Source: Podarcis muralis (taxonomy: Eukaryota). Taken from it: a DNA stretch of 64,000 nt. Below are positions 11,545 to 25,194 of the stretch, one piece after another (within the stretch, counting starts at the first letter, position 1; every line of letters begins with the position of its first letter). The notes below the pieces were generated by a model. It was not told the DNA's origin, searched no databases, and was given only the letters and a program-made list of their open reading frames with translations. The position numbers and the translations under genes are program-made. The DNA lies in contig NC_135668.1 in assembly GCF_964188315.1 (NCBI RefSeq), forward strand, positions 55,428,001 through 55,492,000. Reading direction: 5' to 3'.

Positions 11545-12830
11545 GTCTTTGTACGTTCCTGGCAACCAGCTGAAAGTTGCTGACAGCAGATGGACATGCA
11601 ATGAGGGAACTGCCAGAAGGCTCTCAGAGCTGGAGCTCAGTGTCCAGGCTGAACAGTGGAGGCTATATAATAACATTAAGAACAACAATAATCCAATAAT
11701 CTCCCCTTCCACAACACATTTAAAAGGGCTCTGGAGGTCAACCAGCCTAAGGCCTGGTTGAAGAGGAAGGTTTTGCCTTCTAGTCTAACCTAGAGGTTAC
11801 CAGAGCAAAGACAACATTAGTTAGGCTTTACCTGGCCATGAGCCAAAGCTAATGGAAGACGCTCCGCACCATGGAGGTCACCTGAGCCTCAAGCACCAGC
11901 CGTTGATCTTGAAGTACCCCAAAGCTGTGAACCTGCTCCTTCAGAGGGGATTCAGCCCCCTCAAGAACAGACAACCTCCCATCCATCAGTTCTAATGAAC
12001 CACCCACAAACTGTGCCTCACTCTTGTCTGGATTGAGCTTCAGATTTATTGACTCTCATCCTGTCCATTACCAAGACAACAATCCAGCACATAAACTGTC
12101 ACTCTTGCAGGTGAAAAGGAGCAGAAGAGCTTTGTGTGATTATTGTATTTCTGACAACATAATCCAAAACCCTAGATAACCCTCCTCAGAAGTCGCATGT
12201 AGATGTTAAACAACATTGGGGATAAAATTGAACTCTGCAGAGTCCCACATGGAAGGCTCCCTGGGGCCAAGTGACATTCCCCAAGCATCACCCTCTGAAA
12301 ATGACCATCCAAGGAGGACTTGGAACTTCTAGGAAGCAGTGCTGCTCAACGCCAACTCAGACTGCTGCTGAAGGACCCCGTAGTTGATAGTATTGAAAAA
12401 ATCAAAGAGAATTAACTGGGACACATTAACCCCATCTCTCTCGTAACAGAAGTTGTCATAGTATGCCACAAAAACAGTTTTCATGCCCAAGCTGGGCCTA
12501 AACCCAGACTTAAAGGGCTCTAGAAAATTGTTTTCATGGCTCTGCCCATCACCACTAGCTCAGGAACCTTGCCCAAGAAGGGGAGATTAGTGACCATCAT
12601 TCCTTAAATTTATCAAGGGAGGGTTTCGTGGTCTTATCACTGCCTCATCTAAGCAGGCAGGGGGCGTCCCCTTGCACAAGGAGGCCTTAATTGTTGCAGA
12701 GAAGCGGTATTGAGCTGCTTGGAAACTTAATCCCACGTAAGACTGACACCCTTTTAGGAATTGTCCATATGTTGCTTTAATATTCAGAAGCTTTACTTGC
12801 AGAATGGAGGATAAAAGAATAATATAAGGA
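11545..12830 (-). mobile_element. Degraded L2 LINE RT region
   Basis: The reverse strand gives KLNPDK-like and FDT-like RT remnants, and it shares the gagggaactgccagaaggc segment with other L2 ends in the window. Confidence 0.7.
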
Positions 12831-13086
12831 AGCACATTCTCAAAACATAAGCTTATCCAAGCATGGGCTCAGCTTCACTTAGCAAAACACAGCTTCTTGC
12901 TTTAAACCCAATTCTGTGTCTCTCCCTCTTCCAGATATGCTCTCAGACTTTACTTTAAGATAGAGGCCAGGCAGCTACTTGAAGAAATCCACTTTCAATT
13001 TCCGCCCTTCTCTCTGTTTCACTTCAGAGACCTCATTCACTGCTGCTCTGCTCTCTCTATTCATTTGGAGAAGGAGCATCAACAGT

Positions 13087-13589
13087 TGTCAGGAACGAGC
13101 CAGCTTCTAGGGACACTTTACAGCAAGCTGCAGAATACAGGCAGGACAGAGAGGTTTATATCTGTTGCAGGCTGAGCAGAGGCCAGAGCTGCAATGGCCG
13201 ACTCTCTTTGACCTTGGACAGCCAGTTGCCAAGGGAACCACTGAGAGTGGGCTGGAACACAGCCAAAGCTCTCAGGGAGCTCAAACAGGGGCGAACAGAC
13301 ACAGAGACAGTCTTTTGGAACAGGAAGAGTTTGGAGCTGGTCCAATAACTCCGAATAGTCAGTGAATGGGAGGGCTGCTGAAAAGGGTGCAAAACAAGAG
13401 ACCTAAGGGGCGAAGGTTCAATATCTCCTGTAGGAACCAGAAGGAGTCTTCAGAAGTGTCATCTTGAGTGATAATGTTGGCGGCTTTGTTAGAGGTGTCC
13501 AGAGCTATCTGTTTGTTTTTGCAATAAATTCTCCTTTTTAATAACCCACGCTTGATGTGTTATCAAACCAGGAACCTGCACTCCTTACA
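13087..13589 (+). mobile_element. Solo LTR (503 bp)
   Basis: Begins TGTCAGGA and ends TCCTTACA (7/8 inverted match), has an internal AATAAA near 13523, and an exact 5-bp TSD ACAGT (13082-13086 and 13590-13594). Confidence 0.85.
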
Positions 13590-14097
13590 ACAGTGTTTCT
13601 TCTCAATAGTGTCCAGAGAAGATCCCAAGACTTCTCTCCCAGCTGTGTTCATTGCACAGCCATCTTCCTGCGCTGTGTCATCACAGTGAACTCACTCACA
13701 CCAAAGGGAGTCTGTGACTTGGTGCTTCTCATGTGACCCCTTAACTAATCACACGAGAGCCACTAGAGAACCTACTAGAATGAGCTGTTTAACCAATCAA
13801 AAATCAAAGTGCTTTTGGTAACCACACAGCAATATGAACATTCCTATTTCAGCCAATCAAATCTCCATACCGAACATTAATTCCCCCTCCTGACCAAGAT
13901 GGCTGTTTTCTCCTTGCTTGTTTTTATCAGCCAGTAGGGGAAGGGACAAATACAAATGGAACACAAGACTCACTGTTATAGATAAATGTAACTGTTATTG
14001 GAAAACACAGCTGTGTACAGCAAAGTGTAACTTTATAAAGTATGAAACTACTGAAAGGGCAACTGTAATAACTAGACAGGTAAATGTAAAAGCAGTA

Positions 14098-14740
14098 CAG
14101 TGGTACCTTGGTTCTCAAACTTAATCCATTCTGAAAGTCTGTTCCAAAACCAAACATTCCAAAACCAAGGTGCACTTTCCCATAGAAAGTAATGCAGAAC
14201 AGATTAATCCATTCCATACTTTTAAAACCACCTAAAACAGCAATTTTATCTAATGAGACCATTGATCCATCAAACGAAAGCAACAATCAATGTACTGTAC
14301 TATAAATTAAATAATACAGTATTGTAGATGATAAAAATGTAAATTAATTATTTTTCTCATCATGCACTGATGATAGTCATTGTTTGGATGGGGGTGGGGT
14401 GGGGACTTTTATCCATTTCCGCAGTCACACAATCAATCAATTAGTAGCTGAAATGGGTTCCACACAGTCACAAAAACAAATTAACTGAAAAAGCCTCAGA
14501 AACAAAAACGCAAAATAGCAAAAACAAAAGCACCAGACTTAATCTATCCTGGAAGTCCATTTGACTTCTGAAATGTTTGAAAATCAAGGTACATCTTATG
14601 ATTGGTGCAGGCGCCCTGGAAACGATAGCCGACAGCCGCATCGGACGTTTCGCTTCTGCAAAATGTTTGAAAACTGGAAAACTTACTTCTGGGTTTTCGG
14701 CATTTGGGAACCAAGGCTTTTGAGTACCAAGGTACCACTG
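14098..14740. mobile_element. Tc1/mariner (Tigger-like) non-autonomous element
   Basis: 22-bp TIRs CAGTGGTACCTTGGT(T/A)CTCAAA with TA duplication on both sides. Confidence 0.9.
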
Positions 14741-16373
14741 TAATAACCAGAACGTATCCTTTCTGCAAAACAATTGCAATCTGTCAGCTTTGACAGATAT
14801 GCAATGCCACTTACTGGGTCTACAGCTAAAGCCACCCATTCACAAGTTTCAACTGCTTTATTGAATGGTTCATTCAGAAAACAGTGGAAGTCATTCATAA
14901 AGAATCAGCAGTTCATTCATAAATATGTCTGCTGTATTTTCACAGCTACAGGAACTAACAGGGAACGCCCGGCTCCTTGGATTTCCTTTCTTCTCTGAAG
15001 GAATCTCCACAGGCACGTCCATCAGGTCTGTCCCTGCAACCACAACACAATACAAAACCCACCATTCCTCTGGGAGCCAGCTTTCTGTTCTTCATGGAGC
15101 TGGGAAGGTTCATAAGAACCCAGGTTAGGAACCCTTGTTTAGGAGCCACACTGAGAAGAGCTCAAGAGAACTTCTAACACCTTGCCAACCTTTCGTTCCT
15201 CAGTAGAGCCTTTCCCTTGGCTGCTTCCATCACCAGGGACATCTTACTGTCTGCAAGCCCAAGAATGTTTGACCACACAAGAATATAACTGCTCCAAGAA
15301 TACTGACATAGAACCCGAACCTCACACTGCTGGGTAACCATGAAAGCCCAAGAAAGATCTTGTGTATTATTTCCCCTTGCCCCATAAACAAGTAATTATT
15401 AGAACTTAAACCTTCAGATTGTTTCTGTTGCTCACTTTCTAAATTGCAGGATCTCACTGGTTATTCTATTCTCATCTGCCACAACCACATGTCTCTTATG
15501 TGTCAAGTTGCACCACTGCATTTAGGCTGTCATTGTCACCTGCTGGGTCCCTCATGTTCTCCTACTTTAGATGACAAAATACATTTCTCCATATGCATTT
15601 CTCTACAACCTTACATATAATTAGTAGATTAAGCTGCTGGTTCATGCAAGAAGGGTTTCCTGAAGTGTTTAGAAACAGAAATGTCTGGCAAACACTAACC
15701 ATTTTTCTATTTTGTGAAGAAATGTAATACATGTATTGCACCTGCAACTGGAGTTTGCATTATTCTATCTGTATCCTCCCTCCCCTGAACTGGTGTACAA
15801 GGATACACCAGTTGTTGTTGTTGTTGTTGCTGCTGCTCTTGTTGTTACACTCCTAGGGTCCAATATCTTAAAAATCAGGTCTATGCTGGTGACACACGTA
15901 CACTTGAGGAAAATGGGGCATGTGGGATAGAGGAACAGATTTGGAAAAACTAGGGAGCTCCCTTCAGATTACCAGTTTGCAGGTGGGCTGCTTGCTTTCC
16001 TGTGACTCGCCATTCCCCGTGCACCACTCAACAAGAAATATGTATGATTATTTTGCTCTTATCATTTTGTCTCACAGAGCACAATGCTTTAGGGAGATAA
16101 TGGTGTAACCAGCAATTATTTCAAACTGATGCATTACATCATCCATCTTGCCAATCTCATGTCAGACCATGAACACAGTCAGGGTGTAAAAGGTTATATT
16201 AAATAAACCCTGTGAAATTCAGAGCCCCAGTGAGAAATTCTGAACACACAGGATCTCATGGGTCAGATCTTCGGCACTTTCCCTTAATCAAAATTAATCC
16301 AGAGCCATTAAACCTAATTCAATTTATGGTGGATGAGAGAGAAATCTGTCTTTCTGCATCACTGTTGGTCAAG

Positions 16374-17893
16374 ATGGCAGGAACATTTCTGCTGCTGATT
16401 CTTCTCTTCCTGTGGCTCCAGGTGCCTCCAACTGAGTGCAAGGAAGACTCTGAGAGATGCGCCATGACGGATCCTTTCCAGTTTCCATACCAGTATTATC
16501 AGAGAGGGGATCTGATCATTGGAGGAATTGTTAATGCTTTTGGCTGTACATCTGAAGAAATAGATCTCCATGACCACCCAAACACAAAGTTTACAGATGA
16601 ACTTTTGTAAGGAAATCACTGTCTCCTTCATAGTGTACACTTCTATATGTTTCTATAGACTATAACTACACCACACAAACCATGGCAGGCTCATAACACA
16701 TTTGACTTTTTCCATGTATGAAGGTTAAAATTACATTTTCTTCTCTTTATATTGTGATTTTGGCATCTTCTGTGTTGCTTTATTCCTTATCTTGAGTTTT
16801 CTGTCTTCTGCCTCTTCTGCTTTCTTCTCACCTGATCTCACCTGACCCTCTTCCTCCCTCTGTGTTTCCTTTCATACCAAGGGTGGATGATTTTACTTTG
16901 CAGCAAAGCTTGATCCCCACATTCACAATCACCACCATTTAATCTGACAGTCACAGATGCTGTGAGGCAGGAATATAATAGATTCTGGATTACTGGTATA
17001 TTCCCCCTGTACCATTTAAACAATATTGGGTAAAAATTACTGAAGTGTTGCAAAGTATCTAACTGAGGTCTATGCAAAGTAGACCAACTTTGTCTGATCT
17101 ATTAATCATAAGAGATAAGAGAATAACTCAAGACAGAGCTGTTCTGTCTGACTTTTTGGTTTGGACTCAGTCTGACCCTTATGTTTCCCTCCCCTTATGG
17201 TTTTGATCTGTGGGCTACCTTTAAAATGAGGCTACATTTTAAATTGGTTTTTTAACCTGTATTTTAAATTGTTTTTTCCCCTGTTATGTTTTTACTGTAA
17301 TTTTATTGGTGTTAGACGCCCTGAGCCCAGCTCTGGTCAGGGAGGGTGGGGTATAAATGAATTATATTATTATTTAGTGAGTGTGTTGCAGTATGTAAAT
17401 GTTCTGCACAAATGCTTTTTAGATGCTATATTCCTAAAGCTGACTGAATACTGACCGTCGATTTCCATTATCAAATGTTAGGATGTACAATGCGTATGAG
17501 GTTTTTTTTTGCTTATTTGTGTTATTTAATCTTTCATAATTTGCTGGAAAATGTCATAAAAAATGAATATCTCTGACACACTGTACAACACTTTTATTAG
17601 TTCAACACTGAAGTACTACCAGAATACCCTCTCCCTGGTGTTTGCTGTGAAAGAAATCAATGAGAATCCTAACATCGTACCGAATATGAGCTTTGGGTTC
17701 CACCTCTATGATAGCTTTGGAAATACAAGGATGACTTATCAGAACACCCTGAAACTTCTGTCCACCACAGAAAGGATTGTCCCCAACTTCAAATGTGACA
17801 AGAAAAGAAATATGATTGCTGTTATTGGAGCACTTGACTCTGACATCTCCCTTTACATGAAGACGATCTTAGGCATCTACAAGATTCCACAGG

Positions 17894-17939
<46 letters not shown>

Positions 17940-20900
17940 TCTATTTGCCATCCATCTCACTGGGTTGACCCAGCCGATCTGGGTAGCTTCAACCAGGTCA
18001 TAAAACCACAGTAAAGCATCAAACATTAAAAACTCCCCAATACAGGGCTGCCTTCAAATTTCTTCTAAAAGTCAGATAGCTCCTTATTTACTTGACCTCT
18101 GAAAAGATGGCGTTCCACAGGGCAGATGCCACCACCAAGAAGGCCCTCTGCCTGGTTCCCTGTAACCTCACATCTCGCAGTGAGGGAACTGCCAGAAGGC
18201 CCTCGGAGCTGGATCTCAGTGTCCAGGCTGAACGATGGGGTTGGAGACGCTCCTTCAGGTCTACTGGGCCTTTGAGGCCATTTAGGGCTTTCAAGGTCAG
18301 CACCAACACTTTGAATTGTGCTCAGAAACGTACTGAGAGCCAATGTAGGTCTTTCAGGACCAGTGTTATGTGGTCTCGGCGGCCACTCCCAGTCACCAGC
18401 CTAGCTGTTGCATTCAGGATTAGTTGCAGTTCCTGAGTCACCTTCCAAGGTAGCCCCATGTAGAGCGCATGGCAGCAGTGATATAGTGAGTGTGTGAGCT
18501 GTGAAGCTTTTCTGCCTCTGGTAAAATAATTATCTTCTGGTTCTCCATAATTCCTTTTTAACTTTGTTCATTTTTTGGAAAAAAGAAGTGTGAGAGAGAA
18601 ATACAAAACTTATACAAAAGTGTCTGGCTTTTCTCATGTTTTTGGTAAAAAAATCATACCTGGAAAAATAAATAGTTCACTCACTGATATTCATGCACTA
18701 GTAGGAATCCTCCTCCCAGGAAGCTGCACAACACCAGCTGCGAGAGGGCAGAGAAATGATGCTACCCAGCTACTGCTGGAGATACGCACTAGGTTATGGT
18801 GAGATCAACAAGCATCCATAAATGGAGTATTTGCTCTTTCTACCTTTTTCTGTTTCACAAGGCTGTTGAAGGAATGATCGTGATGGCCCCTCCCAACCAG
18901 CTGGTTTGATCTATGCAGGCATTAATTTAGCTATGAATGTAGGTTTCTCTTAGGGCTGCCTTCAGATGTCTTCTAAAATTCAGATAGGTGTTTATTTCCT
19001 TGAAAGCTGATGGGAGGGCATTAAACAGGGCAGCCTCATAGACCTGATATCACTTAAGAAATATTTCATTTTCTACATACTTCATTGTGAATGATAAACC
19101 TGACCAAGATGTTGTCATTGGTGAAAAATGGATTCAGTGGTTTTATGTTATACCACTTCTAAAACAAGTAATTTGCTCTTCCATTCATTCAAATTCCTGC
19201 AATATACAAAACTATAGAATAAATTCAATAAATTCCCATGGTATCCACTTCAGGCAGTTAAGTGGGATGAGTCCTAACCCTTTGCTATAACTCTCCGATT
19301 ATTGTGAGATTGATTTCTTCCTTAGATTGCTTATTGTGTATTAGCTCCAGTAAGGAGGACCGAGTTGCAGCTCCAAACCTTCTTCCGGACGGTGCCCAAT
19401 GAGAAATATCAATATGCAGGGATTGTCAAGCTACTTCTTCATTTCCAATGGACGTGGGTCGGACTTCTTGCTTCAGATGATGAAAATGGAGAGAAGTTTG
19501 TGCAAAATTTGGTGCCAATGCTTTCCCAGCATGGAGTCTGCACAGCCTTCAAGGAAAAAATACCAGCCTTTTCTCAAGGTATAGATTATTTCAGTTCATT
19601 GGATCTCTTTAAGACTAAGTCCTCTTTCCTGATGAACTCAGAAGTCAATATATTAGTTCTATGTGCAGAACCTCCAACCATTACCAATGTGAAATGGATG
19701 ATCTATTTTTCTTCATTATCTGAAGATATTGCAGAGAATTCTGCAGGCAAAGTGTGGATTTTGACAGCCCAATGGGCCTTCTCAGCAGATACAATGCAAA
19801 GGTATTACGATATTCAAGTCTTTGATGGAGCCCTGTCTTTTGCAATTCACACAGAAAAAGTCCAGGGATTTACAGAATTCCTTCAGACCCTAAACCCCAA
19901 CTCTCCAAATGGAGATGGGTTCCTCCAGACTTTTTGGGAAAAGGCATTCGAGTGCTTATTTTCTGTTTCCAATGAGCCCAATGAAAGCACAGACACATGC
20001 ACTGGCAAAGAGAGTCTGGAGAGCCTTCCTGGGCATATTTTTGAAATGACCATGACTGGTCAAAGTTACAGCACCTATAATGCAGTTTATGCCATTGCAT
20101 ATACTTTGCACAAGATTCTCTCATCCAGACCAAAACACAGAAGGATGGCAGGCAGAGGGGGAATTGATCCTCCCAAACTGCAACCTTGGCAGGTAAGAGT
20201 TCATAGTTGGAATAAATCTTTGCTTGGGGCTAATCTAATGGGTGAAGACACACAGTCCATAGAATGAATGCACCTCTAACAGCATTTACCTCTCCCACCA
20301 TAACAAATGTTCTTTTCAGTGCATCCCTGTTTTCTCTTGCCTTCAAGTTGGAGCCAGAATAAACCTATTCCCTTTACTTCCCCTTCAAGTTGCAGAGGTG
20401 GAAGTATCTCCTCCTGCACTTCCTCACACAGAAATGCCACCTCTTTGTTGAACTCAAGAATGTTGTGGAAGGAGCTGCATGTTCTGCTGTCCTATGTGTT
20501 TGTGATGCTGATATGTCAGGAGTGGTGAAGAAGGAAACATGTTAAACTGGGCCTCATGATCTGTTAATATCAGAAAGATGGTATGTTTCTGTTCAGGAAG
20601 AACCTCTCCAGAACATCCCTTTGGCAACATCTCAGCATTTGACATTGCACAAACCACTGGTGTTTGTCTCTCTGCACCCTGTATTAATATTTTTCTATAA
20701 AACCACTGAAAAACCTCCAACATAACAAACTTCCCTGCAATATGAGTACTTAAATAAACTGAATAGTGGCAAGCATCATAATGCATTCCATATAAAAATG
20801 GTTCTGAAACGAGACCTGTTTCATTATCCATGTGATAATGCACAAAGTCAGGAAGAGAAAGGAGAAATATGAAGAATGAAGAATGCATTTGAAATTATAT

Positions 20901-23900
20901 AGCTTTGTTTCTACCACTGGCTGTGAAAGCATTTTGTCCCCCAATAACAACTATCTCTTACAGCCTGCCATTGTTTCTGCACCAAAAACGAACATATGGC
21001 TGTTTTAAATGTAACTGCACTTCCCTCCCAAAGCCAGGTGAGCATGGCAGTGCATTCCATGCCAGCCTCAGGGAAGGAGACACAAGGCCACTGGATGCGT
21101 CCCAGAGGCCAGCAAAGTGCCCCCTTGCTTCCCAGGCTGTGGGGAGGTCATGACAGGGCTCTGGGAGCATCCCAGGGCCCTCCTGCAACCTTCCCAGAGC
21201 CTAGGATGCCCCTCCCCACCTTGTGGAGGGCAGTTCCAGGGTTTCCTGACTTTGCATGATTTTGCCTTTGCTCATGGATCCCCAGAGCTGAATCCTCAAA
21301 TACTTAAGTGCCTGGCCAAGTGTACTTCCCAGAAATCCATATGTGCTCCAATGTTGGACCACACCATTTTTTACTCCTTTCCATTGTGTGACATATATTG
21401 ATTGATACTTTTCCCTGTCTAAAACCAATAAATGTTCTCCCTTTCTTTACTTTTTAAACTTTGCCTTGTTTTATTCTGCCTAGCTTCCCTGTTTCCTGAG
21501 GAGCATCTCCTTCAACAACAGTGCTGGGGACTTTGTGTCTTTTGATGAGAATGGGGAATTGGCAGCTGGATTTGATGTTCTGAACTGGGTTACTTTCCCC
21601 AACCAAACCTTCCTGCGAGTGAAAGTAGGAAAGGTAGAACCACAGAAATTGCATGATGTCGACTTGAGCATGGATGAAGAAGCCATCACATGGCACAAAG
21701 CATTCAATCAGGTGGGAGTGGACTCTTGGTTTTTCATAAAGGGAACATTTTTTTTTATTATTCAGAATACAGTGGTACCTTGGGGGTAAGAACTTAATTC
21801 ATTCTAGAGGTCCATTCTTAACCTGAAAGTGTTCTTAACCTGAAGCACCACTTTCGCTAATGGGGCCTCCCGTTGCCACCGCGCTGCCGGAGCACAATTT
21901 CTGTTCCCATCCTGAAGCAAAGTTCTTAACCCGGGGTACTATTTCTGGGTTAGTGGAGTCTGTAACCTGAAGTGTCTGTAACCTGAAGTGTCAGTAACCC
22001 AAGGTACCACTGGACAAATACAAGAATAAGGTCTGGTGTTAATAACATTCTTAAGCTCCGTTATTGCATGAAGGGGTTACTACAAGGGAGTAAGCTCTCC
22101 TGCCGGTCTTAGCCAGGTCACATTAATGTAGGACTAAAGGTAAAAGGGAAGGCAATTGACCCCTTAATTGTTAAGTCCATTGTAGCACTCATCTCGCTTT
22201 GCAGGCCATGTATGTAGGTGATGTCTGCAGTTTTTCTGCAGACACTTTTCCAGAACATGTGGCCATCATGACTAAACCACTTCTGGCACAAGAGAACACC
22301 GTGATGAATGTCAGAGTGCACAGAAACTTTGTTTACCTTCCCACCACAGTGGTACCTATATATCAGCTTGAACTGCTAGGTTGGCAGGAGCTGGGACAGA
22401 GCTCACCCTGTTGTGTGGATTTGAATCGCTGACCTTCTGATCAACAAGGGAAGGGGCTCAGTGGTTTAGACCACAGCACCACCGGAGTCCCTAATGTAGG
22501 AGTAAATCCTATGCTACCAAACAACACATATTTTTCAGAAGACAAGGGGAGGATGTTATTAATTTGTGCTGAAGGAAGAGTACTTGTCTTGTAGTGTTTA
22601 TCTGAATCTAATGTATATACTTCCCATTTTGCCTTCTCTGCCAACTCCCTGTATTTCAGAATCAGTTGTCTTTCCCTGTCCTCTTTCCATCCACTGTCTT
22701 ATAAAGATGAAAATTCAGTTTCCCTTCTGTTTGACTTCCAATATTTATATTACAATTTATTCATGCATACACACACCACTCTTCTGGAATAACATGAATC
22801 TGCCAAATGATCTTGTCTCTTTGGCTCAAACTGTGTTCTTTAACATGGCAAAAGGGAGCTTCCTCTTCTCCTCTCTTTCTGGCTAGGTGCTGCCCCTTGG
22901 TTTGTGCAATGATCGGTGCCAGCCAGGCTACAGCTGGAAAAAGAAGGAGGGGTCGCCATTTTGTTGCTATGACTGTGCTTCATGTCCAGATGGGATGATT
23001 TCAAATCAAACGGGTAGGAGACATCAGCTGCTGTTTTATTAATGCTTCCTAGTCTATTTCAACAGTTTTCTCTTATTAACAGTTCGGTACTCCTAAACGG
23101 AACAGCAGTTGCACTCAACTCTGGAAGAAACAAGACGGACACAGAGAGTGGGGAAACTAGAGCCACAACTTTAACCTTTCCAAAGTAGATCTGTGGAAAT
23201 AGGTGTGAATCATGTCCAGTGTTCTCTTCCTGCTCCCCACCTGCCACAGCTTGCGGAGTCAGGGGAGACTTGCCTAACCCTCCATCCCCATAGTTTTAGG
23301 GCTGAGAGCCAGAAACACAAAATCAAATTCTGCTGCTCCAAGATATCATAGCGGGCTTCTCACTTTTCAGTAGAGATGACCGTTTGCTCTTTCAATGGTC
23401 CCATATTAACAGTCATCAATACTTTGCTTCCTAAATACCTGGTTATGTGATTGATAGCACCTACAGTCATACCTCGGGTTAAAGCCGCTTCAGTTTATGT
23501 TTTTTCGGGTTGCGGACTGCCAAAACACGGAAGTACCGGAATGGGTTACTTACGGGTTTTATCAGTCGCTCATACTCAGAAGCGCCAAATTGCAACCCTC
23601 GCGTGCATAGACGGGCAGACGTGGGTTGCAAATGCTCCGGGTTGTGAACATGCATCCTGCAAGGATCATGTTCACAACCCGAGCATCCTCTGTATATATT
23701 TATGAAGAAAAAGAAAAGCCAGAAAAACAAAATCAAATTCTGCTGCTCCAAGGTATCAATACTTTGCTTCCTAAATTCCTGGTGATTTGATTGATACCAC
23801 CTATATGGTTTTTTAAGAAGAAAATACCCGTTGCTTTTTACTAGTTTCCACTTATCTCTGATACTTGTTTAGAATTAACTGATGGCTTAGAATTGTGTTT

Positions 23901-24945
23901 TGGGGGCAGAACAATATTTCTTTTAAAGGAAATTTGAGATACCATTGGGGATGGAGGAATACATTACAAAGAATGAAACATGCCTGAAGAATAGGGTTGC
24001 CTTGTTTGTTGGAACTCATATATCATTCATTTGATTTGTTTAGACATGGATAATTGTTTCAAATGCCAAGAAGGTCAATTTCCAAACCACAACAGAGATC
24101 ATTGCATTCCCAAGACCCACAATTTTCTTAGCTACGCAGAGCCTTTGGGAATCACATTAGCTGCCTTGGCTCTGCTCTTCGCTCTGGTCACAGCCTTGGT
24201 CCTTGGCGTCTTCTCTAAGAATGGGGACACTCCCATTGTCAAAGCCAACAACCGGGACCTCACCTACACTCTGCTCCTTGCCCTCTTGCTCTGCTTCCTC
24301 TGCTCCTTGCTCTTCATTGGCCAGCCTCACCCAGTCAGCTGCTCTTTACGACAAACGGCCTTTGGCATCATCTTCTCCATTGCGGTGTCTTGTGTCTTGG
24401 CCAAAACCATCACGGTGGTTCTGGCCTTCATGGCCACCAAACCAGGATCCAGGATGAGGAAGTGGGTGGGGAAATCTCTGGCCAACTCTGTTCTTCTGGG
24501 TTGCTGCTCACTTCAAGCCAGTATTTGTGCTCTTTGGCTCTGTACAGCTCCTCCCTTCCCAGATGTGGACATGTACTCTCTGGCGGAGGAAATCATCCTA
24601 GAATGCAACGAAGGCTCTGCCCCCATGTTTTATTGTGTCCTGGGGTACCTGGGATTCCTGGCCAGTGTCAGCTTCACCATGGCTTTCCTGGCCAGGAAGT
24701 TGCCAGACAGTTTCAACGAAGCCAAGTTCATCACTTTCAGCATGTTGGTGTTCTGCAGCGTTTGGCTGTCCTTTGTTCCCTCTTATCTGAGCACCAAAGG
24801 AAAGCAGATGGTGGCTGTGGAGATCTTCTGCATCTTGGCCTCCAGTGCAGGCCTGCTTGCTTGCATCTTCTTCCCCAAATTGTACATAATCATTCTGAGG
24901 CCCGACTTGAACAGCAAAGACCACTTGATTCTGAGGAGCAAATAG
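16374..24945 (+). CDS. V2R: Vomeronasal type-2 receptor paralog 2, apparently intact, 882 aa
   Basis: join(16374..16606,17601..17892,19326..20192,21484..21711,22887..23013,24044..24945) = 2649 nt; GT-AG introns; exon sizes identical to paralog 1. Confidence 0.93.
17896..18480 (-). mobile_element. L2 3' end whose (ATT)n tail starts right after the exon-2 donor
   Basis: Minus frame [30 protein letters not shown]; the same element sits at about 30585-31150 in paralog 3. Further L2 ends lie at about 10270-10440, 26680-26850 and 56480-56790. Confidence 0.75.
21770..22012. mobile_element. Tc1/mariner-type MITE
   Basis: CAGTGGTACC...GGTACCACTG termini; the empty site agaatacaaatacaag is visible in paralog 3 (about 35905-35920). 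Confidence 0.85.
22135..22490 (-). mobile_element. Older Sauria-SINE-like copy in intron 4
   Basis: catgtggccatcatgactaaaccacttctggc core; homologous copy at about 36035-36415 in paralog 3. Confidence 0.65.
23464..23692. mobile_element. Tc1/mariner-type MITE
   Basis: TA-CAGTCATACCTCGGGTT...AACCCGAGCATCCTCTG-TA; absent from intron 5 of the other paralogs. Confidence 0.75.
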
Positions 24946-25162
24946 GAGTCAAGTTGTGTTGATGTCTTTAATGGTTGCATTATTAGAAAATGTAGACATT
25001 TGTTGGAATAAAACTGGCCAAGGAAACCCCTTGTGTGTCCCAATTCTTTTCTTTTTCATAATCAGTTTTTTTCTTTCTCTCTTGTCACTGTCTATTTACA
25101 TACAGCATTTTTCACAATCTGTGCTCAAAGTGGTTCACACAAAAATCAAAGTCCAATCACAG

Positions 25163-25193
<31 letters not shown>

Positions 25194-25194
<1 letters not shown>

